Origin: an uncultured Thermodesulfobacteriota bacterium
Lineage (GTDB): Bacteria > Desulfobacterota > Desulfarculia > G963662305
Assembly: GCA_964634465.1 (NCBI GenBank)
Contig: CAZWLY010000009.1
Location: 80,397-144,396 of the forward strand
Length of the DNA: 64,000 nt
Reading direction: 5' to 3'
The notes under the pieces: generated by a model
Database searches by the model: none
Told to the model about the DNA's origin: nothing
Seen by the model: only the letters and a program-made list of their open reading frames with translations
Part shown: in pieces, positions 44,150-54,056 of the stretch
How the letters are laid out: the number at the start of each line of letters is the position of its first letter
Numbering within the stretch: the first letter of the stretch is position 1
Translations under genes and position numbers: made by a program

Positions 44150-44663
44150 CCCGAAGGAGCTTCGCCGACCGGTCGTCCTGGGGCAAGTGGTGAAAGCCCA
44201 CGGGCTCAAGGGCGGCCTGAGGGTCGCCTCCTGGGCCGAGTCGGTGGAGAGCTACTCGAGATTCAAGGAAGTTTGGCTGCGGCCCAAAGGCGGCGTGGTG
44301 CGCCGCCTCGCGCTAGAATGGGCCCGGCCGCACCCCAAGGGCGTGATCCTCAAGCTGGCCGGGATCGACTTCCGCGACCAGGCCGAGGAGCTCGTCGGGG
44401 CCGAGATCGTCGTCCCCCGCGACGCCCTGCCCGAGACCGAGGCGGGAGAGTACTACTGGGTCGATCTGATCGGCCTGAGAGTCCAGCTCGCGGACGGGAC
44501 GGAGCTGGGCGTAATCAAGGCTCTGTTCGAGACCGGGGCCAACGACGTGCTGGTGGTTGACACGCCCGAGGGCGAGGTGTACGTGCCGGCCGTGGAATCG
44601 GCCGTGCTCGAGGTGGATTTGGCCGGAGGCGTCATGGTGATCCGGGCGCTGGAGGAAGAATGA
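44142..44663 (+). CDS. rimM: Ribosome maturation factor RimM
   Basis: '[15 protein letters not shown]' plus a PRC barrel. Confidence 0.85.
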   Translation: MSNPKELRRPVVLGQVVKAHGLKGGLRVASWAESVESYSRFKEVWLRPKGGVVRRLALEWARPHPKGVILKLAGIDFRDQAEELVGAEIVVPRDALPETEAGEYYWVDLIGLRVQLADGTELGVIKALFETGANDVLVVDTPEGEVYVPAVESAVLEVDLAGGVMVIRALEEE

Positions 44664-44681
44664 GCGCCGCCGGCGGGAATC

Positions 44682-45425
44682 ATGACTCCGGATAAGCCGA
44701 TGTTCTTTGAGATTCTGACTCTTTTCCCCGAGGCGGTGGAGGGGTATCTCAACACCTCCGTTCTGGGCAAGGCGGTGGAGAAGGGTCTGATCCGGGTCAA
44801 GGTGACCAATATCCGCGACTTCACCGCGGATCGGCACAAGACCGCCGACGACCGGCCCTTTGGCGGCGGCAGCGGCATGGTCATGAAGCCGGAGCCCTTG
44901 GCCGCGGCCATCAAGGCGGCTTTGCCCGGCCGGGTGATTCTTACCTCGCCCAGAGGGCGGCCCTTCGACCAACGGGTGGCCCGACGGTTGGCCGAACTGG
45001 AGAAGATCATCCTGGTCTGCGGCCGTTACGAGGGAGTGGATCAGCGGGTCATCGACCGCTACGTGGACGAGGAGCTTTCGGTGGGCGACTACGTGCTGAC
45101 CGGCGGCGAGTTGGCGGCGCTGATCATCATCGACGCCGCGGCCCGGCTGATTCCGGGGGTGTTGGGCGACGAGGGCTCGATCGCCGAGGAGTCGTTCGCC
45201 GACGGCCTGCTGGAGTACCCCCACTACACCCGGCCCAGGGAGTTCGAAGGGCTCAGGGTGCCGGAGGTGCTGCTCAACGGCGACCACGCCAAGATCGCGG
45301 CCTGGCGGCGGAAAGAGGCGCTCAGGGCGACCTGGTCGAGACGGCCGGATCTTCTCGACGGCCTTGAGCTGTCCGAGGCCGACCGCCGGTTTCTGGCGGA
45401 GATAGAGGCCGAGGCGGAGGGGTAG
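44682..45425 (+). CDS. trmD: tRNA (guanine37-N1)-methyltransferase
   Basis: SPOUT knot motifs including '[15 protein letters not shown]'. Confidence 0.9.
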   Translation: MTPDKPMFFEILTLFPEAVEGYLNTSVLGKAVEKGLIRVKVTNIRDFTADRHKTADDRPFGGGSGMVMKPEPLAAAIKAALPGRVILTSPRGRPFDQRVARRLAELEKIILVCGRYEGVDQRVIDRYVDEELSVGDYVLTGGELAALIIIDAAARLIPGVLGDEGSIAEESFADGLLEYPHYTRPREFEGLRVPEVLLNGDHAKIAAWRRKEALRATWSRRPDLLDGLELSEADRRFLAEIEAEAEG

Positions 45426-46004
45426 ATGGCCCCCCAGGTGGACGTGGCCCTGATCCACCACCCGGTGGTGGACAAAAACGGCCGGGTGATCGCGGCGGCG
45501 CTGACCCCGACCGACCTCCACGATCTGGCCCGTTCGGCCCGGACCTACGGCGTCGCTCGCCTGTGGGTGGTTACGCCGCTCATCGACCAGCAGAAGCTGG
45601 CCAGGCGGATGCTCGGCTTCTGGCAGGAGGGCGTGGGAGCCGCTTACAACCCCAACCGGGGCCAGGCTCTGGACCTGGTTCGAGTGGCCGGCTCGCTCGA
45701 GGAAGCGATCGGGCGGGCCAGTGAGGAGTTCGACCGGCGGCCGCTGGTCTGGGCCACCAGCGCCAGAGGGGGAGAGGGGGGCGACAAGCTCGACTACAGT
45801 CGGGCCGGTGAGATTTTGAGCCGGGAACGACCGGCGTTGATCCTGTTCGGCACGGCCTGGGGATTGGCGCCCTCGGTTCTGGCTGAGTGTGATAACGTGT
45901 TGGCTCCGATAGGCGGGGTCGTCGCCGGCGATGGAGAGGGGTACAACCATCTTTCCGTCAGAAGCGCGGCGGCGGTGGTGTTGGATCGTCTGTTGGGGCG
46001 ATAA
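45426..46004 (+). CDS. Conserved hypothetical protein between trmD and rplS
   Basis: High GC3 and operon position only. No motif recognised. Confidence 0.4.
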   Translation: MAPQVDVALIHHPVVDKNGRVIAAALTPTDLHDLARSARTYGVARLWVVTPLIDQQKLARRMLGFWQEGVGAAYNPNRGQALDLVRVAGSLEEAIGRASEEFDRRPLVWATSARGGEGGDKLDYSRAGEILSRERPALILFGTAWGLAPSVLAECDNVLAPIGGVVAGDGEGYNHLSVRSAAAVVLDRLLGR

Positions 46005-46018
46005 AAGGGAGAATAGAG

Positions 46019-46360
46019 ATGAGCGTGATCGAGCGGATTGAAAAGGAACACATGCGCGCCGACTTGCCCGAGTTCAGGCCCGGCGACCAGGTCAAGGTCC
46101 ACGTCAAGATCCGCGAGGGCGACAAGGAACGCATCCAGGTCTTCGAGGGAGTGTGCATCCGCCGTCACCGGGGCACCACCGGGGCCACCTTCACCGTGCG
46201 CAAGGTTTCCTACGGCGTGGGCGTGGAGCGCGTCTTCCCGGCCCATTCGCCGTCCATCGACCGGATCGAAGTCGTCAGGCGCGGCAAGGTCCGTCGCTCC
46301 CGGCTCTACTACCTCAGGGAGCGTCGGGGCAAGGCCGCCCGGATCAAAGAGAAACGGTAA
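46019..46360 (+). CDS. rplS: 50S ribosomal protein L19
   Basis: '[26 protein letters not shown]'. Confidence 0.9.
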   Translation: MSVIERIEKEHMRADLPEFRPGDQVKVHVKIREGDKERIQVFEGVCIRRHRGTTGATFTVRKVSYGVGVERVFPAHSPSIDRIEVVRRGKVRRSRLYYLRERRGKAARIKEKR

Positions 46361-46369
46361 TCGGACTAG

Positions 46370-47011
46370 GTGTCCTCGCTCTTTCCGCCGCCCGACGATC
46401 TGCCGGCTGGCTGGGCCTTGGAGCACGAGGCCCTGGCGGCTGGCTACGTCGCGGTGGCCGGAGTGGACGAGGTCGGCCGGGGGCCGCTGGCCGGCCCGGT
46501 GATCGCGGCGGCGGTGATTCTGCCGGTCGGGCTCGTCATCGACGGCGTGACCGACTCCAAGAAGGTGCCCGAGAGCGCCCGGCCCGAACTGGCCGAGCGC
46601 ATCCGCCGGCAAGCCGCGGCGGTGGGCCTGGGTGCGGCCGGACCGGGTGAAATCGACCGGATCAACATCTTGAACGCCTCGCTTCTGGCCATGCGGCGGG
46701 CCGTGGAGAGTCTCTCCATTCGGCCCGACTTTCTTTTGATCGACGGCAACAAGACCATTCGGGAGCTCTCCGTCCACCAGCGGGCGGTGGTCGGGGGCGA
46801 CTCCCGCTCGATCTCGGTGGCCGCCGCCTCGATCGTGGCCAAGGTGGAGCGGGACCGGATGATGGCCGTTCTGGATCGGGTCTTTCCCGGCTACGGTTTC
46901 GCCCGGCACAAGGGCTACGCCGCCAAGGAGCATTACCGGGCCCTCGAGAGACTGGGGCCCTGTCCGGCCCACCGGCGGACGTTCAAGGGCGTGGCGGAGT
47001 TTTATCGGTGA
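46370..47011 (+). CDS. rnhB: Ribonuclease HII
   Basis: 'GVDEVGRGPLAGPV' catalytic DEDD context. Confidence 0.85.
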   Translation: MSSLFPPPDDLPAGWALEHEALAAGYVAVAGVDEVGRGPLAGPVIAAAVILPVGLVIDGVTDSKKVPESARPELAERIRRQAAAVGLGAAGPGEIDRINILNASLLAMRRAVESLSIRPDFLLIDGNKTIRELSVHQRAVVGGDSRSISVAAASIVAKVERDRMMAVLDRVFPGYGFARHKGYAAKEHYRALERLGPCPAHRRTFKGVAEFYR

Positions 47012-47379
47012 GCCGCCTTACGACCGGCAAGCGTGGCGAGGAGATCGCGGTCAAGACCCTCAAGAAACGGGGCTACAAGATCATCGACCGCAACGTCCGC
47101 CTGGCCTCGGGCGAAGTGGATATAATCGCCCGCCAAAAGAGGACGGTCGTCTTCGTCGAGGTCAAGACTCGGACTTCGGACAGGTTCGGTTCGCCGGCGG
47201 CGGCGGTCGATGCGGCCAAACAGCGCAAGCTGACCCGCCTGGCCGCCGAGTGGCTCCAGGCCCACCGACTGGAGGACGCCGCGGCCCGGTTCGACGTCGT
47301 CTCGGTCGTCCTGGACGGGCGGGGCGGGGAACGGGTGGAGGTCTTCGAGAATGCCTTCGAAGCCCAGTATTGGGACTGA
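47008..47379 (+). CDS. yraN: YraN family (UPF0102) predicted endonuclease
   Basis: 'GEVDIIAR...VVFVEVKTR'. Confidence 0.8.
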   Translation: MSRLTTGKRGEEIAVKTLKKRGYKIIDRNVRLASGEVDIIARQKRTVVFVEVKTRTSDRFGSPAAAVDAAKQRKLTRLAAEWLQAHRLEDAAARFDVVSVVLDGRGGERVEVFENAFEAQYWD

Positions 47380-48211
47380 ACCGGGCCGGCTGTTGATCGT
47401 GGCCACGCCCTTGGGCAACCTGGAGGACCTCTCGGCCAGGGCGGCCAAAAGCCTGGCCGAAGCCGGCATCGTCGCCGCCGAGGACACCCGCCGCACCCGG
47501 AAACTTTTGAGTCACCTGGGAATTTCGCCCCGGCTGATCTCCTGCCGGGAACACAACGAGGCCAAGGTCGGCCCCAAGTTGATCGAGGAGATCAAGGCCG
47601 GCGTCACCGTGGCTCTGGTCTCCGACGCCGGCACGCCCGGCCTGTCCGACCCCGGAGCCAGGCTGGTCGCCGCCGCCCATGCGGCCGGAATTCGGGTCGA
47701 GCCCATCCCCGGCCCGTCGGCCGTGGCCGCGGCCCTGTCGGTCTCCGGGCTCGGCGCCGACGCCTTCACCTTTGCCGGCTTTCCGCCGGCCAAGGCCGGA
47801 GCCCGAAAAAGATTCCTGGCCGGCCTGGCCGATCGAGCCGAAACCCTGGTCTTCTACGAGGCCCCCCACCGCCTGGCGGCCAGCCTGAGGGACATGGCCG
47901 CGATCCTCGGCCCCCGGTCGGCGACGCTGTGCCGGGAGCTGACCAAGCTCCACGAGGAGATCCGCTCGGCCGATCTCGATCGGTTGGCCCGCTGGGCCGC
48001 CGAGGGGGAGATCAAGGGCGAGATAACCCTGGTCGTGGCCGGGGCCGAGAAGGGCGTCGCCGAGGCCGATCCCCAGGCCGTCAAGGAGCTTTGGCGACGT
48101 CTCCGGGCCGAGGGCCTGTCGGCCAGTCAGGCGGCCAGAGAGGCGGCGGCCAGGTTGGGCCTCAGTCGGGCCGAAGTCTACAGATTGGGCTTGGAAGAGG
48201 ACGGGAGCTAG
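47351..48211 (+). CDS. rsmI: 16S rRNA (cytidine1402-2'-O)-methyltransferase
   Basis: 'LIVATPLGNLEDLSARA...AEDTRRTRKLL'. Confidence 0.85.
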   Translation: MPSKPSIGTEPGRLLIVATPLGNLEDLSARAAKSLAEAGIVAAEDTRRTRKLLSHLGISPRLISCREHNEAKVGPKLIEEIKAGVTVALVSDAGTPGLSDPGARLVAAAHAAGIRVEPIPGPSAVAAALSVSGLGADAFTFAGFPPAKAGARKRFLAGLADRAETLVFYEAPHRLAASLRDMAAILGPRSATLCRELTKLHEEIRSADLDRLARWAAEGEIKGEITLVVAGAEKGVAEADPQAVKELWRRLRAEGLSASQAAREAAARLGLSRAEVYRLGLEEDGS

Positions 48212-48333
48212 GGTAGTTTGGGAGCAGGGGGGCGATGCGGTCCGGGCTCCGGACGGCGGGCCGAGACGACTTGACAGGCTCGACTTCGAAGTGTATTCCA
48301 CAACCTACTTGTCTAGTCGGCTGGATTGACTGA

Positions 48334-48621
48334 ATGGACGAATCGGAAAACGGCCGGGTTCGCCGAACCTTGACTTTGACCAATCGCTCCGGGATTCACG
48401 CCCGCAGCGCCGCCAAGATCGTGGAGTTGGTCCAACGCCATGAGTGCAAGGTCGTCTTCACCAAGGGCGATCGCCGGGCCGAAGCCGACTCCATCCTCGA
48501 CTTGCTGACCCTGAGCTGTCCCAAGGGTTCCAGCGTGATGGTGGAGTGTGAAGGCCCTGGGGCGGCCGAGGCCATGGCCGATCTGGCCGCCCTTTTCGCC
48601 CGTAAGTTCGACGAGGAATAG
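48334..48621 (+). CDS. ptsH: Phosphocarrier protein HPr
   Basis: 'NRSGIHARSAAKIVE' with the active His and regulatory Ser. Confidence 0.85.
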   Translation: MDESENGRVRRTLTLTNRSGIHARSAAKIVELVQRHECKVVFTKGDRRAEADSILDLLTLSCPKGSSVMVECEGPGAAEAMADLAALFARKFDEE

Positions 48622-48627
48622 CCGACC

Positions 48628-50394
48628 GTGACCCAACGTCTCCAGGGTGTCGCCGCCTCGCCCGGTATCGTCATCGGCCAGGCCCGTCACGTCCAAAGGA
48701 CCCGAACCGAGGTCGTCTTCCAGGACATCATCGGCCCCGGCCAGGTGGTCAACCAACTCCACCGCCTCGATCTGGCCTTGGAAGAGGTCGAGGCCGACCT
48801 GACCGCGATCAAGGCTCGGGTGGAGAAGGAGCTGCCGTCCCACGTCTACCTCATCGACGCCCACCTGAAGATTTTGGCCGACCCCTTGTTCCAGCGGGAA
48901 GCGCGGCGGTTGATCGAGGGCGACATGATCAACGCCGAGTGGGCCGTGGTCGAGGCGGTGCGCCGCATCGGCGAGCGCTTCGAGGCCATCGACGATCCCT
49001 ACATCAGAAGCCGCCTCGAGGACGTGGAGGCGGTCGCCGACCGGGTGCTGAGAGTCCTGGCCGGCCAGGAAGACGAGGACCTGGGGGCGATCAAGGAGCC
49101 GGGCATCTTCATCGCCCACGACCTGTCGCCGACCGATACCACCCAGATTCGTCTGGACCGGGTGATGGGCTTCGTCACCGAGGCTGGCTCCCGGACCTCC
49201 CACACCGCCATCGTCGCCCAGTCGGTCCAACTGCCGGCCGTGGTCGGCCTGGAACGGGCCATGGAGAGCATCCCCAGCGGCTCGGTGATCATCGTCGACG
49301 GCACCTCCGGCCAAGTCATCGTCGATCCCGACGAGGAGACGCTCTTCGAGTTCGAGGAGCGCAAGGCGCGCTACGAAAGGTTTGTGGTCGACATCCGGCG
49401 CAAGGCCCACCTGCCGGCCGAAACCAGCGACGGTTGCCGGCTGAAGGTCCTGGCCAACATCGAATTGCCCAAAGAGGCCGTCACCGCCCTGGAGAGCGGG
49501 GCCGAGGGCATCGGCCTGGTCAGGACCGAATTCCTGTACCTCAATCGGGCCGACCTGCCCGGCGAGGAGGAGCTCTACGAGGCCCTGGCCTCGGTGGTCG
49601 ATATCATGAACGGCCGGCCGGTGACCATCCGGACCCTGGATTTGGGCGGCGACAAGTTCGCCCACCAGCTCGATTTAGTTCCGGAGATGAACCCGGCCAT
49701 GGGCGTTCGGGCGGTGCGGCTCTGCCTGCGCCGGCCGGACATCTTCAGAACCCAGCTTCGGGCCATTTTGAGGGCCTCGGCCCACGGTCCGGTCCGGGTC
49801 ATGTTCCCCATGATCAGCGGCATCAGGGAGATGGTCCAGTGCCGGGCCATCCTGGAGGCCTGCCAGGCCGAGTTGAAGAGGGAGGGACAGGAGTTCGATC
49901 CCGACCTGAAGGTCGGCTGCATGATCGAAGTCCCCTCGGCGGTGATCATCGTCGATCTTCTGGCCCGCCACGCCGACTTCTTCTCCATCGGCACCAACGA
50001 TCTGATCCAGTACTCTCTGGCCATCGACCGGGTCAACGAGTACGTGGCCCACATGTACCAGCCCTTCCACCCGGCCGTGCTGAGGATGATCAAGTCCACC
50101 ATCCAGGCCGCCGACGAGGCCGGCATTCCGGTGTCGATGTGCGGCGAGATGGCCGGCGAGCCCGGCGCGGTGCCGATGCTCATCGGGTTGGGGCTCAAGG
50201 AGCTGTCGGTCAACCCGGTCTCGGTGCCCCGGGTCAAGCAGATCACCCGCCTCGTCGCCGCCAGGGAGAGCCGCGAACTGGCCGACACGGCCCTGACCTA
50301 CGAGACCGAGGCCCAGGTCTCGAGCTACGTCACCGACAAGCTGGCCCAGATCGCTCCCGAAGCCTTCGGGAAAGGGGTGGTGATGCACTTCTGA
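48628..50394 (+). CDS. ptsI: Phosphoenolpyruvate-protein phosphotransferase (PTS Enzyme I)
   Basis: 'GSRTSHTAIVAQS' phospho-His and 'NDLIQYSLAIDR'. GTG start. Confidence 0.9.
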   Translation: MTQRLQGVAASPGIVIGQARHVQRTRTEVVFQDIIGPGQVVNQLHRLDLALEEVEADLTAIKARVEKELPSHVYLIDAHLKILADPLFQREARRLIEGDMINAEWAVVEAVRRIGERFEAIDDPYIRSRLEDVEAVADRVLRVLAGQEDEDLGAIKEPGIFIAHDLSPTDTTQIRLDRVMGFVTEAGSRTSHTAIVAQSVQLPAVVGLERAMESIPSGSVIIVDGTSGQVIVDPDEETLFEFEERKARYERFVVDIRRKAHLPAETSDGCRLKVLANIELPKEAVTALESGAEGIGLVRTEFLYLNRADLPGEEELYEALASVVDIMNGRPVTIRTLDLGGDKFAHQLDLVPEMNPAMGVRAVRLCLRRPDIFRTQLRAILRASAHGPVRVMFPMISGIREMVQCRAILEACQAELKREGQEFDPDLKVGCMIEVPSAVIIVDLLARHADFFSIGTNDLIQYSLAIDRVNEYVAHMYQPFHPAVLRMIKSTIQAADEAGIPVSMCGEMAGEPGAVPMLIGLGLKELSVNPVSVPRVKQITRLVAARESRELADTALTYETEAQVSSYVTDKLAQIAPEAFGKGVVMHF

Positions 50395-50411
50395 GACCGC
50401 CCTCCGGCGTC

Positions 50412-50873
50412 TCAGTAGCGCCGCCGGGCCATCTCCCGTTCGGCGTCGCGTTTCTCCTGGCGGGCCCGGATGACCTGGCGTTTGTCGTGGAGCTTCTTGC
50501 CCTTGGCCACGCCCAACTCTATTTTGGCCCGGCCGTCCTTGAAGTAGATCGACAGCGGGATGAGCGAATAGCCCTTCTCGGCCGTCTTGCCGACCAGCTT
50601 CCTGATCTCCCGCTTGTGGGCCAACAGCTTGCGGGTCCGCATCGGCTCGTGGTTGCCGTAATGGGCGTGGGGGTAGGGGCTGATGTGGACGTTCTCCAAC
50701 CACAGCTCGCCGTCCTTGATCCGGGCGTAGCCGTCCTTGAGATTGACCCGGCCCTCGCGCAGACTCTTGACCTCGGTTCCCTTCAGGACCAGGCCCACCT
50801 CGAGCTTGTCTTCGATGAAGTACTCGAAACGAGCCCGCTTGTTCTTGGCGATCAACTTTATTCCGCCGGCCAT
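50412..50873 (-). CDS. smpB: SsrA-binding protein
   Basis: 'NKRARFEYFIEDKLEVGLVLKGTEVKS'. Confidence 0.9.
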   Translation of the reverse strand: MAGGIKLIAKNKRARFEYFIEDKLEVGLVLKGTEVKSLREGRVNLKDGYARIKDGELWLENVHISPYPHAHYGNHEPMRTRKLLAHKREIRKLVGKTAEKGYSLIPLSIYFKDGRAKIELGVAKGKKLHDKRQVIRARQEKRDAEREMARRRY

Positions 50874-51120
50874 CTCTCTTCTGGCTCCATCCGGTCTGCT
50901 GTTCGGGCCTGGCCCGTCGCCCGCCGCGGCTTCGCCGTCGGGTCGAGCCCCATTAATAACCCCATTTCGGACTTTTGGGGAGGGCGCGAGCCGAAATTTT
51001 TTGAAAAAAGGACCGAGGCTCTATCAACCCGGCCGGAATTCTGGCTTTTCGGCCCCAAGGGGCTTGACATTCGGCCTCGGTTTTGGTCTTATACGATCTG
51101 CTTTTTTACGGGAGGATAGT

Positions 51121-51210
51121 ATGGGTTCCGTGGTTAAGTGGCGCCGCAAGAAGATCCGCAAGCACAAGTATAAAAAGCTCCGGGCGCGGATGCGGCATAA
51201 AAAACGCTAG
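51121..51210 (+). CDS. bS22-like (AURKAIP1/COX24-type) 29-aa basic ribosomal micro-protein
   Basis: 'MGSVVKWRRKKIRKHKYKKLRARMRHKKR' resembles mycobacterial bS22 '[33 protein letters not shown]'. The GGGAGGA RBS is about 6 nt upstream. Confidence 0.5.
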   Translation: MGSVVKWRRKKIRKHKYKKLRARMRHKKR

Positions 51211-51389
51211 TCCGAGCCGTCCTCGCGCCGCCGGCGCATGCCTTCGGCCAGGTAGGACATCGCCAACAGGAACAGGGCGAGTAAAACCACCCAGATCCAA
51301 TCGGTCAGCCGCCAGAACGACCAGGCGATGACGTAGGCCAGGACGAAGCTGCCGGCGGCCCGGATGAGAAGCTTGAGGACAGGGTTCAT
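51207..51389 (-). CDS. Small (about 60 aa) two-TM membrane protein, hypothetical
   Basis: 'MNPVLKLLIRAAGSFVLAYVIAWSFWRLTDWIWVVLLALFLLAMSYL'. It has high GC3 and a GGGAGCG RBS. Coordinates are +/-1. Confidence 0.3.
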   Translation of the reverse strand: MNPVLKLLIRAAGSFVLAYVIAWSFWRLTDWIWVVLLALFLLAMSYLAEGMRRRREDGSD

Positions 51390-51427
51390 TTTTCGCTCCC
51401 GCATTGTTTTTTCGGTAATCGGTAATG

Positions 51428-51471
51428 AGAGGCCCTTGGGAAATCCCAAGGGCCTCTATTTTGCTTTTTTG
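51428..51471 (+). terminator. Intrinsic-terminator-like hairpin (12-bp perfect stem, AAAT loop) followed by T-rich tract; an A-tract on the other side means it could be bidirectional
   Basis: GAGGCCCTTGGG-aaat-CCCAAGGGCCTC-tattttgcttttttgg read from the sequence. Confidence 0.4.
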
Positions 51472-51547
51472 GTGGCGGTGCAGGGACTTGAACCCCGGAC
51501 GCTACGGATATGAGCCGTATGCTCTAACCAACTGAGCTACACCGCCC
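51471..51547 (-). tRNA. tRNA-Met (anticodon CAT); elongator-like D-arm; tRNA-Ile2 (lysidine) cannot be excluded
   Basis: Manual cloverleaf of the reverse complement: GGCGGTG acceptor, GTAGCTCAGTTGGTTAGAGC D-arm, CUCAUAU anticodon loop, TTCAAGT T-loop, encoded CCA. Confidence 0.85.
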
Positions 51548-51581
51548 AGGCAGTTTTAGATACTCCAAGGCCGGACGTTTG

Positions 51582-52133
51582 TCAAGCATTGGCGGCGAGA
51601 GACGGGCCCTTGTCGCCCCCCGAGCCGACCGATATCCAGAACACCAGTCCCACGAGGCCGGCGGCCAGGTTGATCAGCACGTCCCGGACCTCGCCGACCC
51701 TTCCGGGCAAGATATACTGGATCACTTCGTCGCCCGCCCCGGCCAGAAGCAGCAGGCCCAGGGCCAGAAACCAGGCCGCCGGTCGGCCCAGGCGGGACTC
51801 GGCCGAGCGCAAGGCGGCCCAGGCCAGAAGCCCGTATTCCAGCAGGTGGATCGTCTCGGCCGGCTGGCTCTTGGTGTAGATCAGCAACGCCCAGCCGCCG
51901 AGGGCCGCCCCGGCCGCGCCGGCCAGGCGAAGGGCGGCGCCGGGCGGCCGCCGGGCGGCGATCCGGGCCAATCCCAGAACAAAGGCCGAACCGACGACGA
52001 TCACGGTCAGCCACAGCGCCGAGTCGCGGCCGAAGGCGTCGGTCAGGCCGGCGTTCAGCCGCCGGGCCCAGGGCAGCGAGGCGTAGATCACCGCCGTACC
52101 GGCGATGAATGGGGCGTCGATCGACAGGCGCAT
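51582..52133 (-). CDS. VanZ family membrane protein
   Basis: 4 TM helices and 'GDEVIQYILPGRVGEVRDVLINLAG' VanZ-like motif. Confidence 0.7.
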   Translation of the reverse strand: MRLSIDAPFIAGTAVIYASLPWARRLNAGLTDAFGRDSALWLTVIVVGSAFVLGLARIAARRPPGAALRLAGAAGAALGGWALLIYTKSQPAETIHLLEYGLLAWAALRSAESRLGRPAAWFLALGLLLLAGAGDEVIQYILPGRVGEVRDVLINLAAGLVGLVFWISVGSGGDKGPSLAANA

Positions 52134-52474
52134 GGGGCGATTATAGACGGGCCCGCCGGCCGGGGAAAGCCTCTCCGGGTCGATCCGGGCGCCGGTTCGC
52201 TCGACGTCGCTCCGGCCGGCCGGTCGATTTTCATCGCCGCCCAGCGTGGGCCGGTTCTGGTTGCGTATTTGTAACCGGACTCGCCGGCCGGTTACGTTTC
52301 CGGTCCGACCGCCGGCATCTATCTGTAACTACCCGCCAAATCGGGCCAAGCTTTCTGTTGCCTTTTTGCGCTGGGGCGTGCTAAAGTACCACTCGGCGCT
52401 CTGTTTAACAAGTTTCGGCACAACCTGACAATTTGCCTCCATACTTCGCCCGGCCCTTTCAGGAGATAACGAGA

Positions 52475-54025
52475 GTGGTCCTGTTGCGGTTTGCGGTTCC
52501 GGTCGTGTTGTTCGCCTTGCTGTCGCTCTGGCCGGGCCGCGCCGCCGCCGAGACGGCCCAAATGGTGCAGGAGCTCTACACCGGGGCCAGGTTCGACGTC
52601 ATGGACGAGAACTACGACGCCGCCCTGGCCAAACTGGTCAAAGCCCAGGAGCTCGCCCCCGAAGACTTGAGAATCGTCACCTTGATGGCCAGGGTCTTCG
52701 CCCTTCAGGGGCGCGAGGACGAAGCCGTCGATCTCTACGACGCCCTGATCGCCCGGGACCCGGCCCGTTTCGGGCTGCTCAATTTCGAAGTCGCCTATCT
52801 CCTTCAAAAAAAGGAGCGTTACGAGGAAGCCCTGGCCCGGTTCAAGGCCGCGGAGAAGGCCGATTTCCTTCGGGCCATCAAGGAACAGGGCCTGACCTAC
52901 ATGAAGCTGGGCAAGTTCGCCGAGGCCGACGCCGCCTTCGCCCGGGTACGCGAAGCCAAGGACGCGCCGCCAAAGACCCGCCAGCTCTTTCTGTACCTGG
53001 GCGCTCAGACCAATTACCATCGCCGGGACTACAAAACGGCGCTCAAGCGCCTGGATAAAGCCTACCGCCTCGATCCAAGTTCGGACCTGGTTTCGGACAT
53101 CAAGGCCTTCCGCAAGACCACGCTCACCGCCATGCGCCAGGCTCGGCCCTGGCGGCTGTACGTGAGCGCCGCCTACCGCTACGACGACAACATCTACCTC
53201 AATCCTTTCGAGGAAAACCCGAGCGGTAAAAAGACGACCGACAAGGGCGACTCCTCCCTCCAGACCGGCCTCACCTTCTCCTACCGGTTGGCCGAGTTGT
53301 TGGGCGCGACCATCGGCCTTACCGCCGGGGCGAGCAAGTTGAGCTACTTCCACGAATCGGCCGCCGATTTCGCCGCCCTGAACATCGGCGCCTACGTCGG
53401 CAAGTCCTGGAAGACGATGGGGGTGAGATTGCCCTACCAGTACACCTACTACTGGGCCGGGGCCAGCCTGGAGGAGAGACTGGCCGCCCACAGCCTGAAC
53501 CCGGTCTTCTTCTGGCAGATGACCGACCGTTTCCGGACCGAGGTCTCGGGTATGGCCCATTGGAAGAACTACCGGGACCAGACTCCGGACGCCTTCTACT
53601 ACGGCCTGGGCGCGGTTCACATCCTGAACTTCGGCGATCAAGCCAAGTACGTCCGCCTGGGCTACCAATTCGCCGTGGAGGACGCCGACGACGGCCAGTC
53701 GGGCTACCGGATCTGGGAGGTGACCCTGGGTGGTGGAGCGCCCATCTACGGCCCGCTGGCCTTCGACCTGGGCCTCACCCTGGCCTACTACACCTACAAC
53801 GAGCGGCCCAGTTGGTACTACGGGTTGTCCGGAACCGAGCCCTTCACCCGGCGCGACAGGCAGATCAGGGTTTCGGTCCGGATAAGCTATCGTTTCTCGG
53901 AGCGGTGGCAGTTCGGTCTGGGCTACTACTTCACCCACAACGACTCCAACGTCGGCGCCAACGACTACGACCCGTTCAAATTTCAAAAAAACCTCTTTAG
54001 CTTGTCGGTTTTCGGGGCCTTCTGA
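52475..54025 (+). CDS. Outer-membrane protein: N-terminal TPR-like helical region plus C-terminal beta-barrel ending in Phe (Slam/DUF560-like architecture)
   Basis: Signal peptide 'LFALLSLWPGRAAAE'. TPR-like region about 30-230. An alternating aromatic/Gly-rich barrel region follows, with C-terminal '...SLSVFGAF'. GTG start after AGGAG. Confidence 0.55.
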   Translation: MVLLRFAVPVVLFALLSLWPGRAAAETAQMVQELYTGARFDVMDENYDAALAKLVKAQELAPEDLRIVTLMARVFALQGREDEAVDLYDALIARDPARFGLLNFEVAYLLQKKERYEEALARFKAAEKADFLRAIKEQGLTYMKLGKFAEADAAFARVREAKDAPPKTRQLFLYLGAQTNYHRRDYKTALKRLDKAYRLDPSSDLVSDIKAFRKTTLTAMRQARPWRLYVSAAYRYDDNIYLNPFEENPSGKKTTDKGDSSLQTGLTFSYRLAELLGATIGLTAGASKLSYFHESAADFAALNIGAYVGKSWKTMGVRLPYQYTYYWAGASLEERLAAHSLNPVFFWQMTDRFRTEVSGMAHWKNYRDQTPDAFYYGLGAVHILNFGDQAKYVRLGYQFAVEDADDGQSGYRIWEVTLGGGAPIYGPLAFDLGLTLAYYTYNERPSWYYGLSGTEPFTRRDRQIRVSVRISYRFSERWQFGLGYYFTHNDSNVGANDYDPFKFQKNLFSLSVFGAF

Positions 54026-54056
54026 TATGTTGAGGAGGAGTGAAGAGTCGTAAGTC

